From Myxococcales bacterium (lineage in GTDB: Bacteria > UBA10199 > 2-02-FULL-44-16 > JAAZCA01): a DNA stretch of 64,000 nucleotides. The position numbers were made by a program, and so were the translations under genes. Under the pieces are notes generated by a model, which did no database searches, had not been told where the DNA came from, and saw only the letters and a program-made list of their open reading frames with translations. Positions 1-9,931 of this stretch are shown piece after piece (within the stretch, counting starts at the first letter, position 1; the number at the start of each line of letters is the position of its first letter). The stretch lies in assembly GCA_012513515.1 (NCBI GenBank), contig JAAZCA010000031.1, positions 19,905 to 83,904 on the forward strand, in the 5' to 3' direction.

Positions 1-2156
1 ACTATGATATGTTCGGAAAGAAGCGAGCCATGAGTATATTTTCCCGCACCATCATGTGATGTGGAAAGCAGTGAAACTCCGGAAGCAGCGCTTGTGACGA
101 TATCACCAGCCCTCTTCGATCTAAAAAGACCGAGAAGCTGCACTATCGCATCCGGATAGGCGCTCTCCCAGCTGCGTTCAAGTCCCGAAGAGGCATCGAG
201 TACCTGACCCTGCCCTACATATCCGAATGGATCCTCTCTGGTCAGATAGGTTATCCTGCCATCGGCATCCTCGATGATCCTGGCTTTTCCGCGCGAGCTC
301 TGGACGATTATTCCGCCTTCGTTGCTGCGGCCAGCCACGATATCGATTTCAGCTTTCTCGATTAGAGACCCTACGATTCCCTTTCTCTCGATATCCTCGA
401 AAAAGTTTCTTTCATCCCAAGAACCGCCCTTCTTGAAGTACAGATTCGCCATCGAAGTCCCTGAGGGTAGAGAGATCACGTCGCTCTCTTGCCAGTCCTT
501 CAAATTCCCAGATGAACCGGCGACCTTTCCCCTCTTGGAAAGAAAATTCTTGAGATCAAATCTCTTTTTTCTTTCGACCAGAGAACAGTCCGGGACGAAA
601 AAAAGCGCGGTCCTGTCATAAAGTCCGCGGTCTTTGAGTATGCCTATTGCCCCGCCTATGTACTCATCCAGTCTGCGGTAAGAATATTTCACCGCCTCTT
701 CGCTAGCCTCCTCCGGATTCAAAAATGCCGCTGGCGGAAATGAATAAAATACAAAATCGGTCTCCTTCCTGGCGGCCGAGGAAAACCAGCCCAGAGCCGC
801 ATTAGCCGCAGCATCCAGGTCCGCCGCGCTTCTTGCTTTCTGGAACCTGCTGAGCGTGCTGAAAAAAGACATGTCGCGCACCAGCCCGCATCCGCGATTG
901 AGCGGGCCGAAGATATTGGCGGCCTGCCGCGAATATTCGAAGATCGTACGAACGGAGTTTGAAAGATCGTGATCCATCGCGTAGGTTCCCCAGCCATCGT
1001 AGTCGCGAAACCTATTCATAGAAAAAACTTTTGAGCTGGAAATAGACCTGTCGAACCATCTGATTCCGGGTATATCGCATGTTCCAGGAAAACACCCGGT
1101 TATGTAAGGGGCAATCGCCGTTCCCGCCGTAGATGGAAAGGATCCGCACAGCTCGTATTTTCCGCCGCGCGAAGAGATGTGTCCTGAAAGATTCGGCAGC
1201 TCTCCGGAAGTTAACATCGAATCAAAAATTTTTCTGTCAACTCCACCTATGTTGAAGATGACCACATGGGCGAATCGCGCTTTGCTCCTGTCGTATCCGT
1301 ATCTCGCCTTCTCCCACAGCTCCTCGCGGCCGCTGTGCGTGGTGAGTTTGGAGAGGATCTGCACCATCGTTTCCTTGCCGCGCTTGTCCTGCGTGTCCAG
1401 CGCGTTCATCACGAATATCGTCCTGTAGGCGGAGGTCCAGATCGTCATCGCCGCTATGAATATCGTGGAGCCTATCACAAGAACCGGCGCAGGGTTGTGC
1501 CACCAATGCTCCAGAATTACATCGGCGACCGGCTGCATGATCGCAGCCACACCCATGTAAACTATCCTCTCCGGACGCTGCATGACCCCAACCGCGCAGT
1601 CGATTCCAAGCGCCTCGCCCCTCGCTCTGGTGTAGCTCACCATCGTAGAGGCGATCATCGCTATTATGGCGATCGGCATTATCCATCCATCCCTGAAATA
1701 ATATGCGATCCCGAGGAAACAGGCCGCTTCCCCAACTCTGTCGGTGACAGAATCAAAGAATGCGCCGGAGCGTGTGCATTTGCCGGTTATTCTCGCGACA
1801 CGGCCGTCGAAGAAATCGAAGCTCGCCCCGAATACCATCGCCCATCCGGCATAGCCAAAGGAACCTATGGCGAAGAGAAGTCCTGAAATCGCAGCGATAA
1901 AAAGCCCCATGATGGTTATCATGTTCGGGCTTATGCGCAGTTTGATCAGGAAGCGCACTATCGGATCAGTGGTCCAGAACCACCATTCTCTGGTCGTCGA
2001 ATCGAGAAAGCTGGAGCCCTGATTTTTGGCGCCGGCGAACTCCCTCTTTTTCTTCTTTGAAAACCAGATGTGGTACATGAAAAATGAGCTGACAAGGACC
2101 GCGTTTATAACAAAGAGCGGCCCGAGCGTTATCCAAATTTTGCTTATAGCAGGCAT
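1..2156 (-). CDS. CDP-alcohol phosphatidyltransferase (PgsA/PIP-synthase-like) fused to a C-terminal alkaline-phosphatase/nucleotide-pyrophosphatase-superfamily domain; runs off the window start
   Basis: Missing from the ORF track (no stop in window). Manual translation from ATG 2156: MPAISKIWITLGPLF...DFFDGRVARITGKCTRSGAFFDSVTDR (DGxxAR-x8-G-x3-D-x3-D motif), then HVVIFNIGG...FPSTAG...ITGCFPGTCDIPGIRWFDR...GDIVTSAASG...THGSLL. Confidence 0.85.
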   Translation of the reverse strand, partial: MPAISKIWITLGPLFVINAVLVSSFFMYHIWFSKKKKREFAGAKNQGSSFLDSTTREWWFWTTDPIVRFLIKLRISPNMITIMGLFIAAISGLLFAIGSFGYAGWAMVFGASFDFFDGRVARITGKCTRSGAFFDSVTDRVGEAACFLGIAYYFRDGWIMPIAIIAMIASTMVSYTRARGEALGIDCAVGVMQRPERIVYMGVAAIMQPVADVILEHWWHNPAPVLVIGSTIFIAAMTIWTSAYRTIFVMNALDTQDKRGKETMVQILSKLTTHSGREELWEKARYGYDRSKARFAHVVIFNIGGVDRKIFDSMLTSGELPNLSGHISSRGGKYELCGSFPSTAGTAIAPYITGCFPGTCDIPGIRWFDRSISSSKVFSMNRFRDYDGWGTYAMDHDLSNSVRTIFEYSRQAANIFGPLNRGCGLVRDMSFFSTLSRFQKARSAADLDAAANAALGWFSSAARKETDFVFYSFPPAAFLNPEEASEEAVKYSYRRLDEYIGGAIGILKDRGLYDRTALFFVPDCSLVERKKRFDLKNFLSKRGKVAGSSGNLKDWQESDVISLPSGTSMANLYFKKGGSWDERNFFEDIERKGIVGSLIEKAEIDIVAGRSNEGGIIVQSSRGKARIIEDADGRITYLTREDPFGYVGQGQVLDASSGLERSWESAYPDAIVQLLGLFRSKRAGDIVTSAASGVSLLSTSHDGAGKYTHGSLLSEHII

Positions 2157-2240
2157 GGCGGTAGTAAAAATCAGATTGAAGGGTTTTGGTCAATAGGATT
2201 GACTGCAGGCAAGTTTAAAGGTCAACGGTGGATGGTGAAA

Positions 2241-2462
2241 GGTTGAGGTTAAGCAAAAATGGTTTTTCTTAACCTCGGCCTCAACCTTAACCTGTTTTTT
2301 AGGTCAATGGTCTATGGTCCATTGTCAATCCTCACGGTTGTTACTGGATCCTCGATTACACCACTCGAGGATGACAAACACGGTGTCATTCCCGCATGCC
2401 TTAGGCGGGAATCCCGTTCCGACATTTTCGGTTTTCGATCATCAAACCTCGATCCTCGACCA
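2241..2462. repeat. Intergenic mosaic repeat cassette 1 (hairpins GGATCCTCGA..TCGAGGATGAC and GTCATTCCCGC..GCGGGAATCC)
   Basis: The same modules recur at 4555, 12776, 22006, 31618, 36361, 40661, 51376 and 53581. Confidence 0.85.
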
Positions 2463-2468
2463 TCGAAT

Positions 2469-2501
2469 AAAAAAAGGCCCCCGTTTTCACGGGGGCCTTT
2501 T
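2469..2501 (-). terminator. Rho-independent terminator (bidirectional type) after the porin gene
   Basis: AAAAAAAGGCCCCCG-TTTTCA-CGGGGGCCTTTT stem-loop with A/T tracts. Confidence 0.85.
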
Positions 2502-2534
2502 GTTTTACACCTTACATCTCTATAGCTTCAAACT

Positions 2535-3689
2535 TTAGAAGTTATAGACGAAGCCCATGACTGCGCCGAACACGTACTGCGTCTCACCTGCACCTGATGT
2601 CGGCTTCACGATGTCAAAGCGGCCTTCGAGCTTGAACTTCGCACCGTCGGCAACCGCGTATCCGCCGCCAAGAGCGATTTCATGCACCTGTTGCTTTATG
2701 CCAGTACCGATGTAGTCGATAGGGCCGTTGGTACCCTGACGCTGCATCGCCATCGAATAACGGAGCGTTCCATCCCACACATCGGAGAACACATAGTGCA
2801 GGTTGAGGAGACCGGCGAAGGTATTTAGGTTCTCGTCCACGCCAGGAACGAGGGCGTTATCACGACGATAGATTCCCTCGAGACCGAGAGCGAAAGACTC
2901 TGTAAGCCACCAGTTGATATCTGCATCCACGCCAAAGCTGTAGTGCCTGTTGCTGCTGCCATCGGAAGGCCCGAAGAACGGGGAGATCCCGAATGTGCTC
3001 TCTGTTCCCTCTTCGCCCCAGTTGAAACCGATTCTGGCGCCGAGAGCCGGCATGTTAGCGGTCCTACCAAAGTTATCGTCGTTGATGATCCTATTGGCAG
3101 CCCAGAAGTGCAGGTCAACCAAATCGGAGAAAGCATAGTAGATCTTTGCACCGGTGAGACCGACCGGACGGATCTGCGAGCGGATGAGGATGGTCTGGGA
3201 GATCAGATCGTTGTCAGCTACATCTACGGACTCGAAGCCGATCGGGGCGTTGAAACGACCGACCAAAAATTCTACGCCGTTACCAGCCGGGATGTTCGCG
3301 GTGGCATAGGCCTGTTCGAGTACGAAAGCCTGGGTGCCAGCAGCAAAGGAATTCACCCTGCCGAAGTCGAGGTCAGCGCGAAGACGTACGTTCTCGCCGA
3401 AGGACTTCATGATGTCGAGTTCCACGCCATCGAGGAAGAAACCGAAATAGTGCTTCTTGCTCGAGTCAGCCCCCATGTACTTGCCCATCGGGCCAGGACC
3501 GGTCAGCACTCCATCTACACCGGTAGCGATTTCCGTGTTGGCCTTGTCATTGTGGTACTGATAACCCATGCCGGTTACGATGCTGCCGGACATTTCAAAA
3601 CCGCCGCCTACGTACTTTTCCTGCGCGTTGACGTTGGCCGCAAAAAAGGCCAGGCCGAGCGCTAAAGCTATAACTAGAATCTTTTTCAT
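2535..3689 (-). CDS. Outer-membrane beta-barrel porin (BBP2/OmpL-like family)
   Basis: Sec signal (MKKILVIALALGLAFFAANVNA), GRFNAPIGFES motif, amphipathic strands, C-terminal YNF. Confidence 0.75.
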   Translation of the reverse strand: MKKILVIALALGLAFFAANVNAQEKYVGGGFEMSGSIVTGMGYQYHNDKANTEIATGVDGVLTGPGPMGKYMGADSSKKHYFGFFLDGVELDIMKSFGENVRLRADLDFGRVNSFAAGTQAFVLEQAYATANIPAGNGVEFLVGRFNAPIGFESVDVADNDLISQTILIRSQIRPVGLTGAKIYYAFSDLVDLHFWAANRIINDDNFGRTANMPALGARIGFNWGEEGTESTFGISPFFGPSDGSSNRHYSFGVDADINWWLTESFALGLEGIYRRDNALVPGVDENLNTFAGLLNLHYVFSDVWDGTLRYSMAMQRQGTNGPIDYIGTGIKQQVHEIALGGGYAVADGAKFKLEGRFDIVKPTSGAGETQYVFGAVMGFVYNF

Positions 3690-4091
3690 TGTTTAACTCT
3701 CCATTTTTCCTTTCGCCCCAAGTGACGTGACAATTCACGTTACCCGGGACTATTTACTGCAAGCTAGGATGTCGGACTATATTAATTTTATACGCGGACT
3801 GGCCGATTCGGAGAGTTTCACCACCTTTCCCGACCCGATTTCCGCTAATCGACTATTGAGTTTTCAACTGCAGTTCCGCTCATCTAGCGATTCGAAACAA
3901 CTCCGTCAAGCTACAAAAAAACCTGCTACGCGAGAGCTGGGAATATACGCGGGAGTGTAAAGAAAGTTCTAGGCCTCTGCAAGGATAACCTTGTTCTAAA
4001 AAGGAATTTTATCCTTAAAATTAAAATATAGCTAAAAAGGATCATTTTTCCCTTGACTGATGGGAGGCGGAGCAGCTAAGTATTTGAAATC

Positions 4092-4511
4092 ATGACAATA
4101 AATCCGAGTTCCTATAGGGTGCTGGTCGTCGACGACGAGCCGGAGATCCATGCCGTGCTTGGAAAACTCCTCTCCCGCGAGGGGTATAACGTCGAAAACG
4201 CGTATAATGCGGAGGAGGCCTTCCAGTCGATAAAGGAAAACAGACCGGATCTGATCATCCTGGACATAATGATGCCCAAGATCTCCGGGATAGAGGTCTG
4301 CAACCGCCTGAAGGCGGATGAGTCAACAAGCGATATCCTTATATTAATCGTCTCCGCGCGCGATGCGCAGCGCGACCGCATCGAGGGGCTCTCCCACGGG
4401 GCCGACGATTACGTTTCGAAGCCCTTTCACCTTCGTTCTCTGGTGCGCAAAATCGAGCACATGCTGGAGAAGCGCGATGAAGAAAAGTTTCAGAAGGAAA
4501 TTGGAAGATAG
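4092..4511 (+). CDS. Single-domain response regulator (receiver)
   Basis: VLVVDDE, ILDIMMP (phospho-Asp), GADDYVSKPF. Confidence 0.92.
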   Translation: MTINPSSYRVLVVDDEPEIHAVLGKLLSREGYNVENAYNAEEAFQSIKENRPDLIILDIMMPKISGIEVCNRLKADESTSDILILIVSARDAQRDRIEGLSHGADDYVSKPFHLRSLVRKIEHMLEKRDEEKFQKEIGR

Positions 4512-4554
4512 ACAAAAAATCGGGCGTAAGGAAAACCCGACCATGTACTGACAT

Positions 4555-4753
4555 AACTTCGACCATGGACAATTGACCATCGACCAAAACATCAAGAAGC
4601 TAGAATCTGGAAGCGAGTTACCAGTCACGGTCGTTGCTGGATCCCCGATTAAAGCACTCGGGGATGACACCATGAATGTCATTCCCGCATGATTTAAGCG
4701 GGAATCCAATTCCGACATTTCACCAGTCACGAGTTACAAGTCACGAGTCACGG
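4555..4753. repeat. Intergenic mosaic repeat cassette 2
   Basis: CTTCGACCATGGACAATTGACCATCGACC module, AAGCTAGAATCT module, two hairpins (4639-4668, 4678-4707) and GTCACGA heptamers, between convergent genes. Confidence 0.88.
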
Positions 4754-4757
4754 AATC

Positions 4758-5219
4758 TTATTTCACTTCAAAAACCCCCGACACTGCAACGCAGGAATTT
4801 TTAGGAAGACTGGTGACGCCGTAGGCGTTGCGAACGTGCTTTCCATATGGGCCGAATATCTGCACGAATAGCTCGCTTGCACCGTCTGCAATCTTCTCGT
4901 GATGTATACAGTCAACCCCAGTAGCGATATGAACTTCGAGCTTCACTACGCGTTTTATCTTGTTGATAGTTCCGCCGAGGGCGCTTTGCACTATCCCAAG
5001 CATCGCTATAGCTGCCGTCTTCGCGGCGAGCTTGGCGGTATCGGGCTTTATTTCGATGCCGACCTTTCCGGAATACTGCAACTTTCCATCTACGTATGGA
5101 AGCACGCCGCTGACGTGGAGAAGTTTCCCCGAGGTAACGAAGTTGACCGTATTGCCTATCTCTGCCGACGGCTCCGGAAGGTCTATGAAAAGCTCATCCA
5201 ACTTGTCGTCAAAATTCAT
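4758..5219 (-). CDS. RidA/YjgF/UK114 family protein
   Basis: SGKLLHVSGVLP...ADGASELFVQIFGPYGKHVRNAYGVTSLPKNSCV pattern. Confidence 0.85.
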   Translation of the reverse strand: MNFDDKLDELFIDLPEPSAEIGNTVNFVTSGKLLHVSGVLPYVDGKLQYSGKVGIEIKPDTAKLAAKTAAIAMLGIVQSALGGTINKIKRVVKLEVHIATGVDCIHHEKIADGASELFVQIFGPYGKHVRNAYGVTSLPKNSCVAVSGVFEVK

Positions 5220-5268
5220 TGAACCCCCTCTTCCGGGGACACAAACGGTTTATGTCCCCCGATGGAAG

Positions 5269-6036
5269 CTATTTTTTTGATTTGTAAAAGAATATGAAGA
5301 TGAGCAGCGGCGTCCCTTTGAGCTGCCTATAAGCCTGGATTTCCTCGCTGGCGAATTGACCGCGCATCGTCTCATCGACAAAAACCTCGCGCACATCGAC
5401 AACGCGAAGATTCGCAGCTTTGCAAATCCTATAATAATCCTCGAACCTTCGCACCATGGAGTCCGCAGGACGAAGCTTGCCTGAGCCGCGCTTTGTATAG
5501 AGGCCGAACGGGTGATAGTCCACAAGCACGCCCTGCCCTCCGCGAGAAAGCACCCTCCCCATTTCGGAAAGCGCCCTGCTTAAATCCCCCTGAATCGGGG
5601 TGGCCATCCTCGCCAGCAGATATGAGAAACTCTCCGCCGGAAACGGAAGCGCCTGTGCAGTGCTGCGGACGATATATCCGCGCGAGATATCCCCCTGCCG
5701 CCCCACCGAGCCACCGCCTATCTCTACCGCCACCGCCAGCTCGGCCTGACGCGCGAGAAGCTTCGAGCCGTATGCCGCAGGCCCCTCTCCGAGCTCCAGC
5801 GTAGTTTTACCGGAAAGATCGGGGATATAGCGCTCCATGATCTTATTTACAGAGAGGTCTATGAGCTCCTTCAGCTTCGGATAGTCCATCAGGCTTTCGA
5901 CGGAGAGTATCGGCTGCACCCCGCTTCGGATGCTCGTCTGGACCTTCACCTCTTTGGCCTTGCCGATAACCTTTTCGATGAAGGTGCCGAGCGTGAACAT
6001 CGACTTCTTCAGAATTTTTTCGAGCTGATCGGACAT
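5269..6036 (-). CDS. Class I SAM-dependent methyltransferase
   Basis: TLELGEGPA motif I; ALPFPAESFS; EMGRVLSRGG. Confidence 0.8.
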   Translation of the reverse strand: MSDQLEKILKKSMFTLGTFIEKVIGKAKEVKVQTSIRSGVQPILSVESLMDYPKLKELIDLSVNKIMERYIPDLSGKTTLELGEGPAAYGSKLLARQAELAVAVEIGGGSVGRQGDISRGYIVRSTAQALPFPAESFSYLLARMATPIQGDLSRALSEMGRVLSRGGQGVLVDYHPFGLYTKRGSGKLRPADSMVRRFEDYYRICKAANLRVVDVREVFVDETMRGQFASEEIQAYRQLKGTPLLIFIFFYKSKK

Positions 6037-6117
6037 AACATATATCTATATTAAAGCGGCCTCGCGGACAATTGTTTTATGAAAGACAAGCGATCAACGG
6101 TGAAGGGCGAAAAATAC

Positions 6118-6163
6118 GGCGTAAGGGAGACTTCGACCATGGACTATCGACAATTGACCAAAG
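6118..6163. repeat. Short repeat module (CTTCGACCATGGAC..CAATTGACC)
   Basis: Matches the module at 4557-4586 and the inverted copies at 12961-12990 and 53641-53668. Confidence 0.65.
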
Positions 6164-6206
6164 ATACGTTTATACTACGCCATCATTATAGTGGAGGAGA
6201 AAAGAA

Positions 6207-7718
6207 ATGAAATTCGTCACAACCCCGGAAGAAAAAGTTCTCGCAGACAAGTGCGATATTCTGGCCATCGGATGCGTACAATCCAAATTAAAAGGTAAAA
6301 CTATACCTTCCTTCGGGCAACTTTTAAAAATATCTGACGAAAAACTTTCCGGCGAATTGATGAAACAGACCAGGGTCGAAAAATTTACGGCAAAAAAATC
6401 CACATCGATGACGCTCTTCTCGGCAGGGCTCGTAGCGCCGAGGTACATAATGCTGTATGGGCTGGGCGAACGTCAGGAAATATCCCTCGACGACATAAGA
6501 AATTTCGCTTCCGCCGCAACCCGCAGCACCGAGAAAATCCACGGCAAGAAATGCGCAGTAGTCCTGCCCAAACTTCCATCATCCATCGAGCTTCCTGATG
6601 CGGCACGTGCAATAGCCGAAGGGACGATGCTAGGCTCGTATGCTTATGAAAACTACAAGAGCGACGAAGATGACAAGCACGAACGGGTCACGGAGGTTTC
6701 AATCACCATCGATCGCCCGTCGGAAAAATTCAAAAAGGCACTCGATTTCGGCGCAGCTCTGGCGGAGGCAACCGTTCGCGCGCGCGATATGATAAACACA
6801 CCCGCCAACTATATGACCCCGTCGCACCTGATCGTCGAAGCGAAGCGCATAGCCAAAACAGCAGGGCTCTCTTGCACGGTCTATGACAAAAAACGCATGG
6901 CTGATGAAAAGATGGAATGCATACTCTCGGTGGCAAAAGGCTCTGAGGAACCTCCCGCCCTGATAATCCTCGAATATTGCCCTAAGAAAAAACCGAAGAA
7001 GCACGTTGTTCTGGTCGGGAAGGGAGTGACATTCGACGCAGGCGGAATTTCGTTAAAGCCTCCACAGGGGATGCCGACGATGAAGGATGACATGGCTGGG
7101 GCGGCCGCCGTCATCGCCGCGATGTCAACGATTGGAAATTTCAAGCCGGGCATAAAGGTGACAGCTATCATCCCGGCTGTTGAAAATCTTCCCGACGGAA
7201 AGGCGCTGAAGCCAGGCGACATAATCCGCGCAAAAAACGGCAAGACGATAGAGATCATAACGACTGATGCCGAAGGGAGGCTTATCTTGGCCGATGCCCT
7301 GGTTCTGGCCTCCGAAATGAAGCCCAGCGCGATAGTCGATCTAGCGACGCTGACCGGTGGCGCGCTTTACTGCTGCGGCGAGCTCTATTCGCTTATCATG
7401 GGAAATGACGAAAGGCTGATCGCCAAAATGATGGCTGCGGCGAAGAGTTCCGGCGAGCCAATGTGGCAACTCCCGATGGTAGAGGAGTACAAAAAGGGTT
7501 ACACATCCGGAATCGCAGACCTGAAAAATTCCGGCAAGAGCAAGGCACAGACAATAATGGGGGCTATTTTTCTTCGCGAATTCGTGGACGAAAAAATTCC
7601 GTGGGCGCATATCGACATCGCCGCGTCCAGCTGGACCGAAGAAAAACTCCCGCTTTCTGATCTCGGCGGCACTGGCGCGATGACAAGATCGCTCATCGAA
7701 TTTGTGATGAAGTTCTAA
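6207..7718 (+). CDS. pepA: Leucyl aminopeptidase (M17)
   Basis: VGKGVTFDAGG, MKDDMAG, TTDAEGRLILAD motifs. Confidence 0.95.
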   Translation: MKFVTTPEEKVLADKCDILAIGCVQSKLKGKTIPSFGQLLKISDEKLSGELMKQTRVEKFTAKKSTSMTLFSAGLVAPRYIMLYGLGERQEISLDDIRNFASAATRSTEKIHGKKCAVVLPKLPSSIELPDAARAIAEGTMLGSYAYENYKSDEDDKHERVTEVSITIDRPSEKFKKALDFGAALAEATVRARDMINTPANYMTPSHLIVEAKRIAKTAGLSCTVYDKKRMADEKMECILSVAKGSEEPPALIILEYCPKKKPKKHVVLVGKGVTFDAGGISLKPPQGMPTMKDDMAGAAAVIAAMSTIGNFKPGIKVTAIIPAVENLPDGKALKPGDIIRAKNGKTIEIITTDAEGRLILADALVLASEMKPSAIVDLATLTGGALYCCGELYSLIMGNDERLIAKMMAAAKSSGEPMWQLPMVEEYKKGYTSGIADLKNSGKSKAQTIMGAIFLREFVDEKIPWAHIDIAASSWTEEKLPLSDLGGTGAMTRSLIEFVMKF

Positions 7719-7727
7719 GCAGTATTG

Positions 7728-8096
7728 TTACGCTCTTTTGAATCTGCTTATTCCCAGGAATTCAAATGACGGCGCGCGTTCGACCGTGCGGGCAGGTTTT
7801 TCCAATACTTCAAGATCGCGGCGAGGATCGGATCCCCTCACCATTTCATCCACCGGGGCATTCGGGGCAGCCCCCACCTTCTCCATCGCATCAGCTGCAA
7901 AGGAAAAAAAGAGGTCTCCCTCCCCCTGCTCTCCAACCTTGGACGGATCGCTGGAAACGAGCCACTCTATTTTGGCTACGACTCCCGTCTTCATCTTTGG
8001 GAACTCTCCCTTTGCTTGCTCTCTGTTATTGTTATCGACAGGAGGGCGGCTGAAGTTGCTAGGAAAATCAAAGTGTTCTATCTTCCGGGGAGACAA
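7728..8096 (-). CDS. Hypothetical protein (orphan, uncertain)
   Basis: Fills the gap between pepA and the TIGR02757 gene; TTG start; no recognisable motif. Confidence 0.4.
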   Translation of the reverse strand: MSPRKIEHFDFPSNFSRPPVDNNNREQAKGEFPKMKTGVVAKIEWLVSSDPSKVGEQGEGDLFFSFAADAMEKVGAAPNAPVDEMVRGSDPRRDLEVLEKPARTVERAPSFEFLGISRFKRA

Positions 8097-8123
8097 ATGG
8101 CTTATCTCCCCAATTGGAGGGGC

Positions 8124-8954
8124 TTAAAACGCCTTCTTTTTGGAATAGGTACCGTTTGTCTCCCCCGAAGAGAACTTGGCTATGAATGATGAAGGGTCCA
8201 TGTCGCTTCTTATGCCGAGGCGGGTTAGGGAAAAATCATATTTTACCGGATCTTCCGGGGAAAATTCACGAAGAGAGGCGGTGATCTCAGCGGCGGTCTT
8301 GAAATCGGCGCTTTTTCTCGATGTAAAGCCGATTGAGGAGCATATCCTGTACATATGCGTATCGAGGGGAATGATCAGCTTCGAGGGGGGAATTCCTCTC
8401 CAAAAACCGGGATCGACCTCATCACACCTCACCATCCACCTCGCAAAGAGGTTCAATCGTTTGCAGGCGCTCCCCGAAATCGGCGAAGGAAGAAGATATC
8501 CAAGCGGTTTTTCAGCCAATTTATTCATGTTATCGACAAATTTTGCCATAGCCGCGGAGATATCCGCCGCAGAAGCCGAAAAACCATCGCAAAAGCATCC
8601 CTCCAGAGATCCAAACCTCTCCACCGCTCCCTTTACTGCAAATAGCATAGATGCAATTTCATCCCCAGTCGTAAAACGATGTTTAAAGTCCTTAAAAAGC
8701 ATTCTCATCGACTTAAAATTGTTATTTTCAATAAAATTTGACGGATTTTTAACCAAATTTAGGACTTTTTCGACACTTTTTAATATCTGCGCTACCCTGC
8801 CATATGCAAGCGAGGACGCAATGAGAGCGACGATCTCTCTATCGACCCCTTCACTGTAGTTGTACAAAAACTGAAGCGGATCAGGGGAGACGTATTCCCG
8901 CCGATTTAGACGGCAGTAGAGCTCATCGAGATCCTTTTTCGATATCATGGACAT
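8124..8954 (-). CDS. TIGR02757/DUF2400 family protein (HhH-GPD-like)
   Basis: PDPLQF, LAYGRVAQI, SACKRLNLFARWMVR, PLDTH, EDPVKYDFSL motifs. Confidence 0.9.
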   Translation of the reverse strand: MSMISKKDLDELYCRLNRREYVSPDPLQFLYNYSEGVDREIVALIASSLAYGRVAQILKSVEKVLNLVKNPSNFIENNNFKSMRMLFKDFKHRFTTGDEIASMLFAVKGAVERFGSLEGCFCDGFSASAADISAAMAKFVDNMNKLAEKPLGYLLPSPISGSACKRLNLFARWMVRCDEVDPGFWRGIPPSKLIIPLDTHMYRICSSIGFTSRKSADFKTAAEITASLREFSPEDPVKYDFSLTRLGIRSDMDPSSFIAKFSSGETNGTYSKKKAF

Positions 8955-9046
8955 TGATATGCCTCATACTAGGAATTACTCCTGATAAACAAGTATTTTT
9001 TAGAGGAGAGGTGCCCTTTCTGTCCTATGAGGGAAAAGGGAAAAGG

Positions 9047-9073
9047 GCAACTAATTTGAAAAATTGACGATAA
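9047..9073 (+). promoter_or_regulatory. Putative alternative-sigma promoter GCAAC-N14-GACGATAA
   Basis: GCAA ctaatttgaaaaatt GACGATAA, 22 nt upstream of ATG 9096; same spacing at four other sites. Confidence 0.6.
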
Positions 9074-9095
9074 CCATACCGGAGGAGTTCGCTAA

Positions 9096-9800
9096 ATGCC
9101 GCCAAAAATCAATATCAAAAGGAGTCTGCTCGGCGGATTGGTCCCCAATGAGTTTCAAACCGACGTGGCCCATATGGTCGATTTCGCTCATAACGGCCTC
9201 CCTTTACAGCTCATCCGAAGTGGAGAGCCGGTCGAGCCGATACATCAAGATCATAAGATAGCGAAACACAACAACTGCAACGGCAAGGAGGAGTGTCTCG
9301 CCGATCACTATTTCGGAAGTTTTTTCGATGTGAAAATCGGAATATCCGAACCGCCCCCCAGAATCGCAGCCGCAATCTTTGAAGATAGGACAACGGCCCT
9401 GAAAACCACCGAAAGATACCCAAAAAGCTACATCGAATCGTTGATGATCTGCCCGAGGCCTGCGGCGTTTAACACCGGCGCACACAGGATCGTGGTAGTC
9501 TTCTGGACCTCAGCTGAAAGATTTGCCGCGGCCTTCGAGGAGGGGGGGAGCCCTCTTCGCCCCAAAGATGAAAACTTCTTCGTTGACGGCCTGACTCCCA
9601 AGGCGGAGGAGATGCTCCTAAACCCTATATTCATAGAAAATCAACTTCTCCCCTCCATCGTCGAGGCGATGACGGGCCAGCAACTTTTCAAGGATGCACA
9701 TAATTTCTTAATAAAAGTAAACAATCCCTCCAAGAATTCAGGCCACACCGGTCACTGGTTTGAAGGGTGCCGCCCTTCTAACTTGATGTATAAATATTAA
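9096..9800 (+). CDS. Hypothetical protein (orphan)
   Basis: 234-aa ORF with strong RBS (GGAGGAG); no recognised family. Confidence 0.7.
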   Translation: MPPKINIKRSLLGGLVPNEFQTDVAHMVDFAHNGLPLQLIRSGEPVEPIHQDHKIAKHNNCNGKEECLADHYFGSFFDVKIGISEPPPRIAAAIFEDRTTALKTTERYPKSYIESLMICPRPAAFNTGAHRIVVVFWTSAERFAAAFEEGGSPLRPKDENFFVDGLTPKAEEMLLNPIFIENQLLPSIVEAMTGQQLFKDAHNFLIKVNNPSKNSGHTGHWFEGCRPSNLMYKY

Positions 9801-9843
9801 AAGACCGTGCTACAGTTTGATAGCTCGATAAAAAGTAACCGCC

Positions 9844-9910
9844 ATGACTGGTGACTGGTAAGCGGTCGGAACCCCGCGGTAGCGGCGGCTTAAATCATGC
9901 GGGAATGACG
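9844..9910. repeat. Intergenic mosaic repeat cassette (GTGACTG heptamers + GCGGTCGGAACCCCGCGGTAGCGGCGGCTTAAATCATGCGGGAATGAC)
   Basis: Near-identical to 31650-31700 and, inverted, to 22184-22240 and 40770-40820. Confidence 0.88.
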
Positions 9911-9931
9911 GCGTAACAAAAACCTGCGCCA

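Noticed and set aside
274-1886. ORF-track calls 274-621, 719-997, 1177-1428, 1237-1686, 1266-1886
   Set aside because: Shadow frames of the real minus-strand gene 1-2156.
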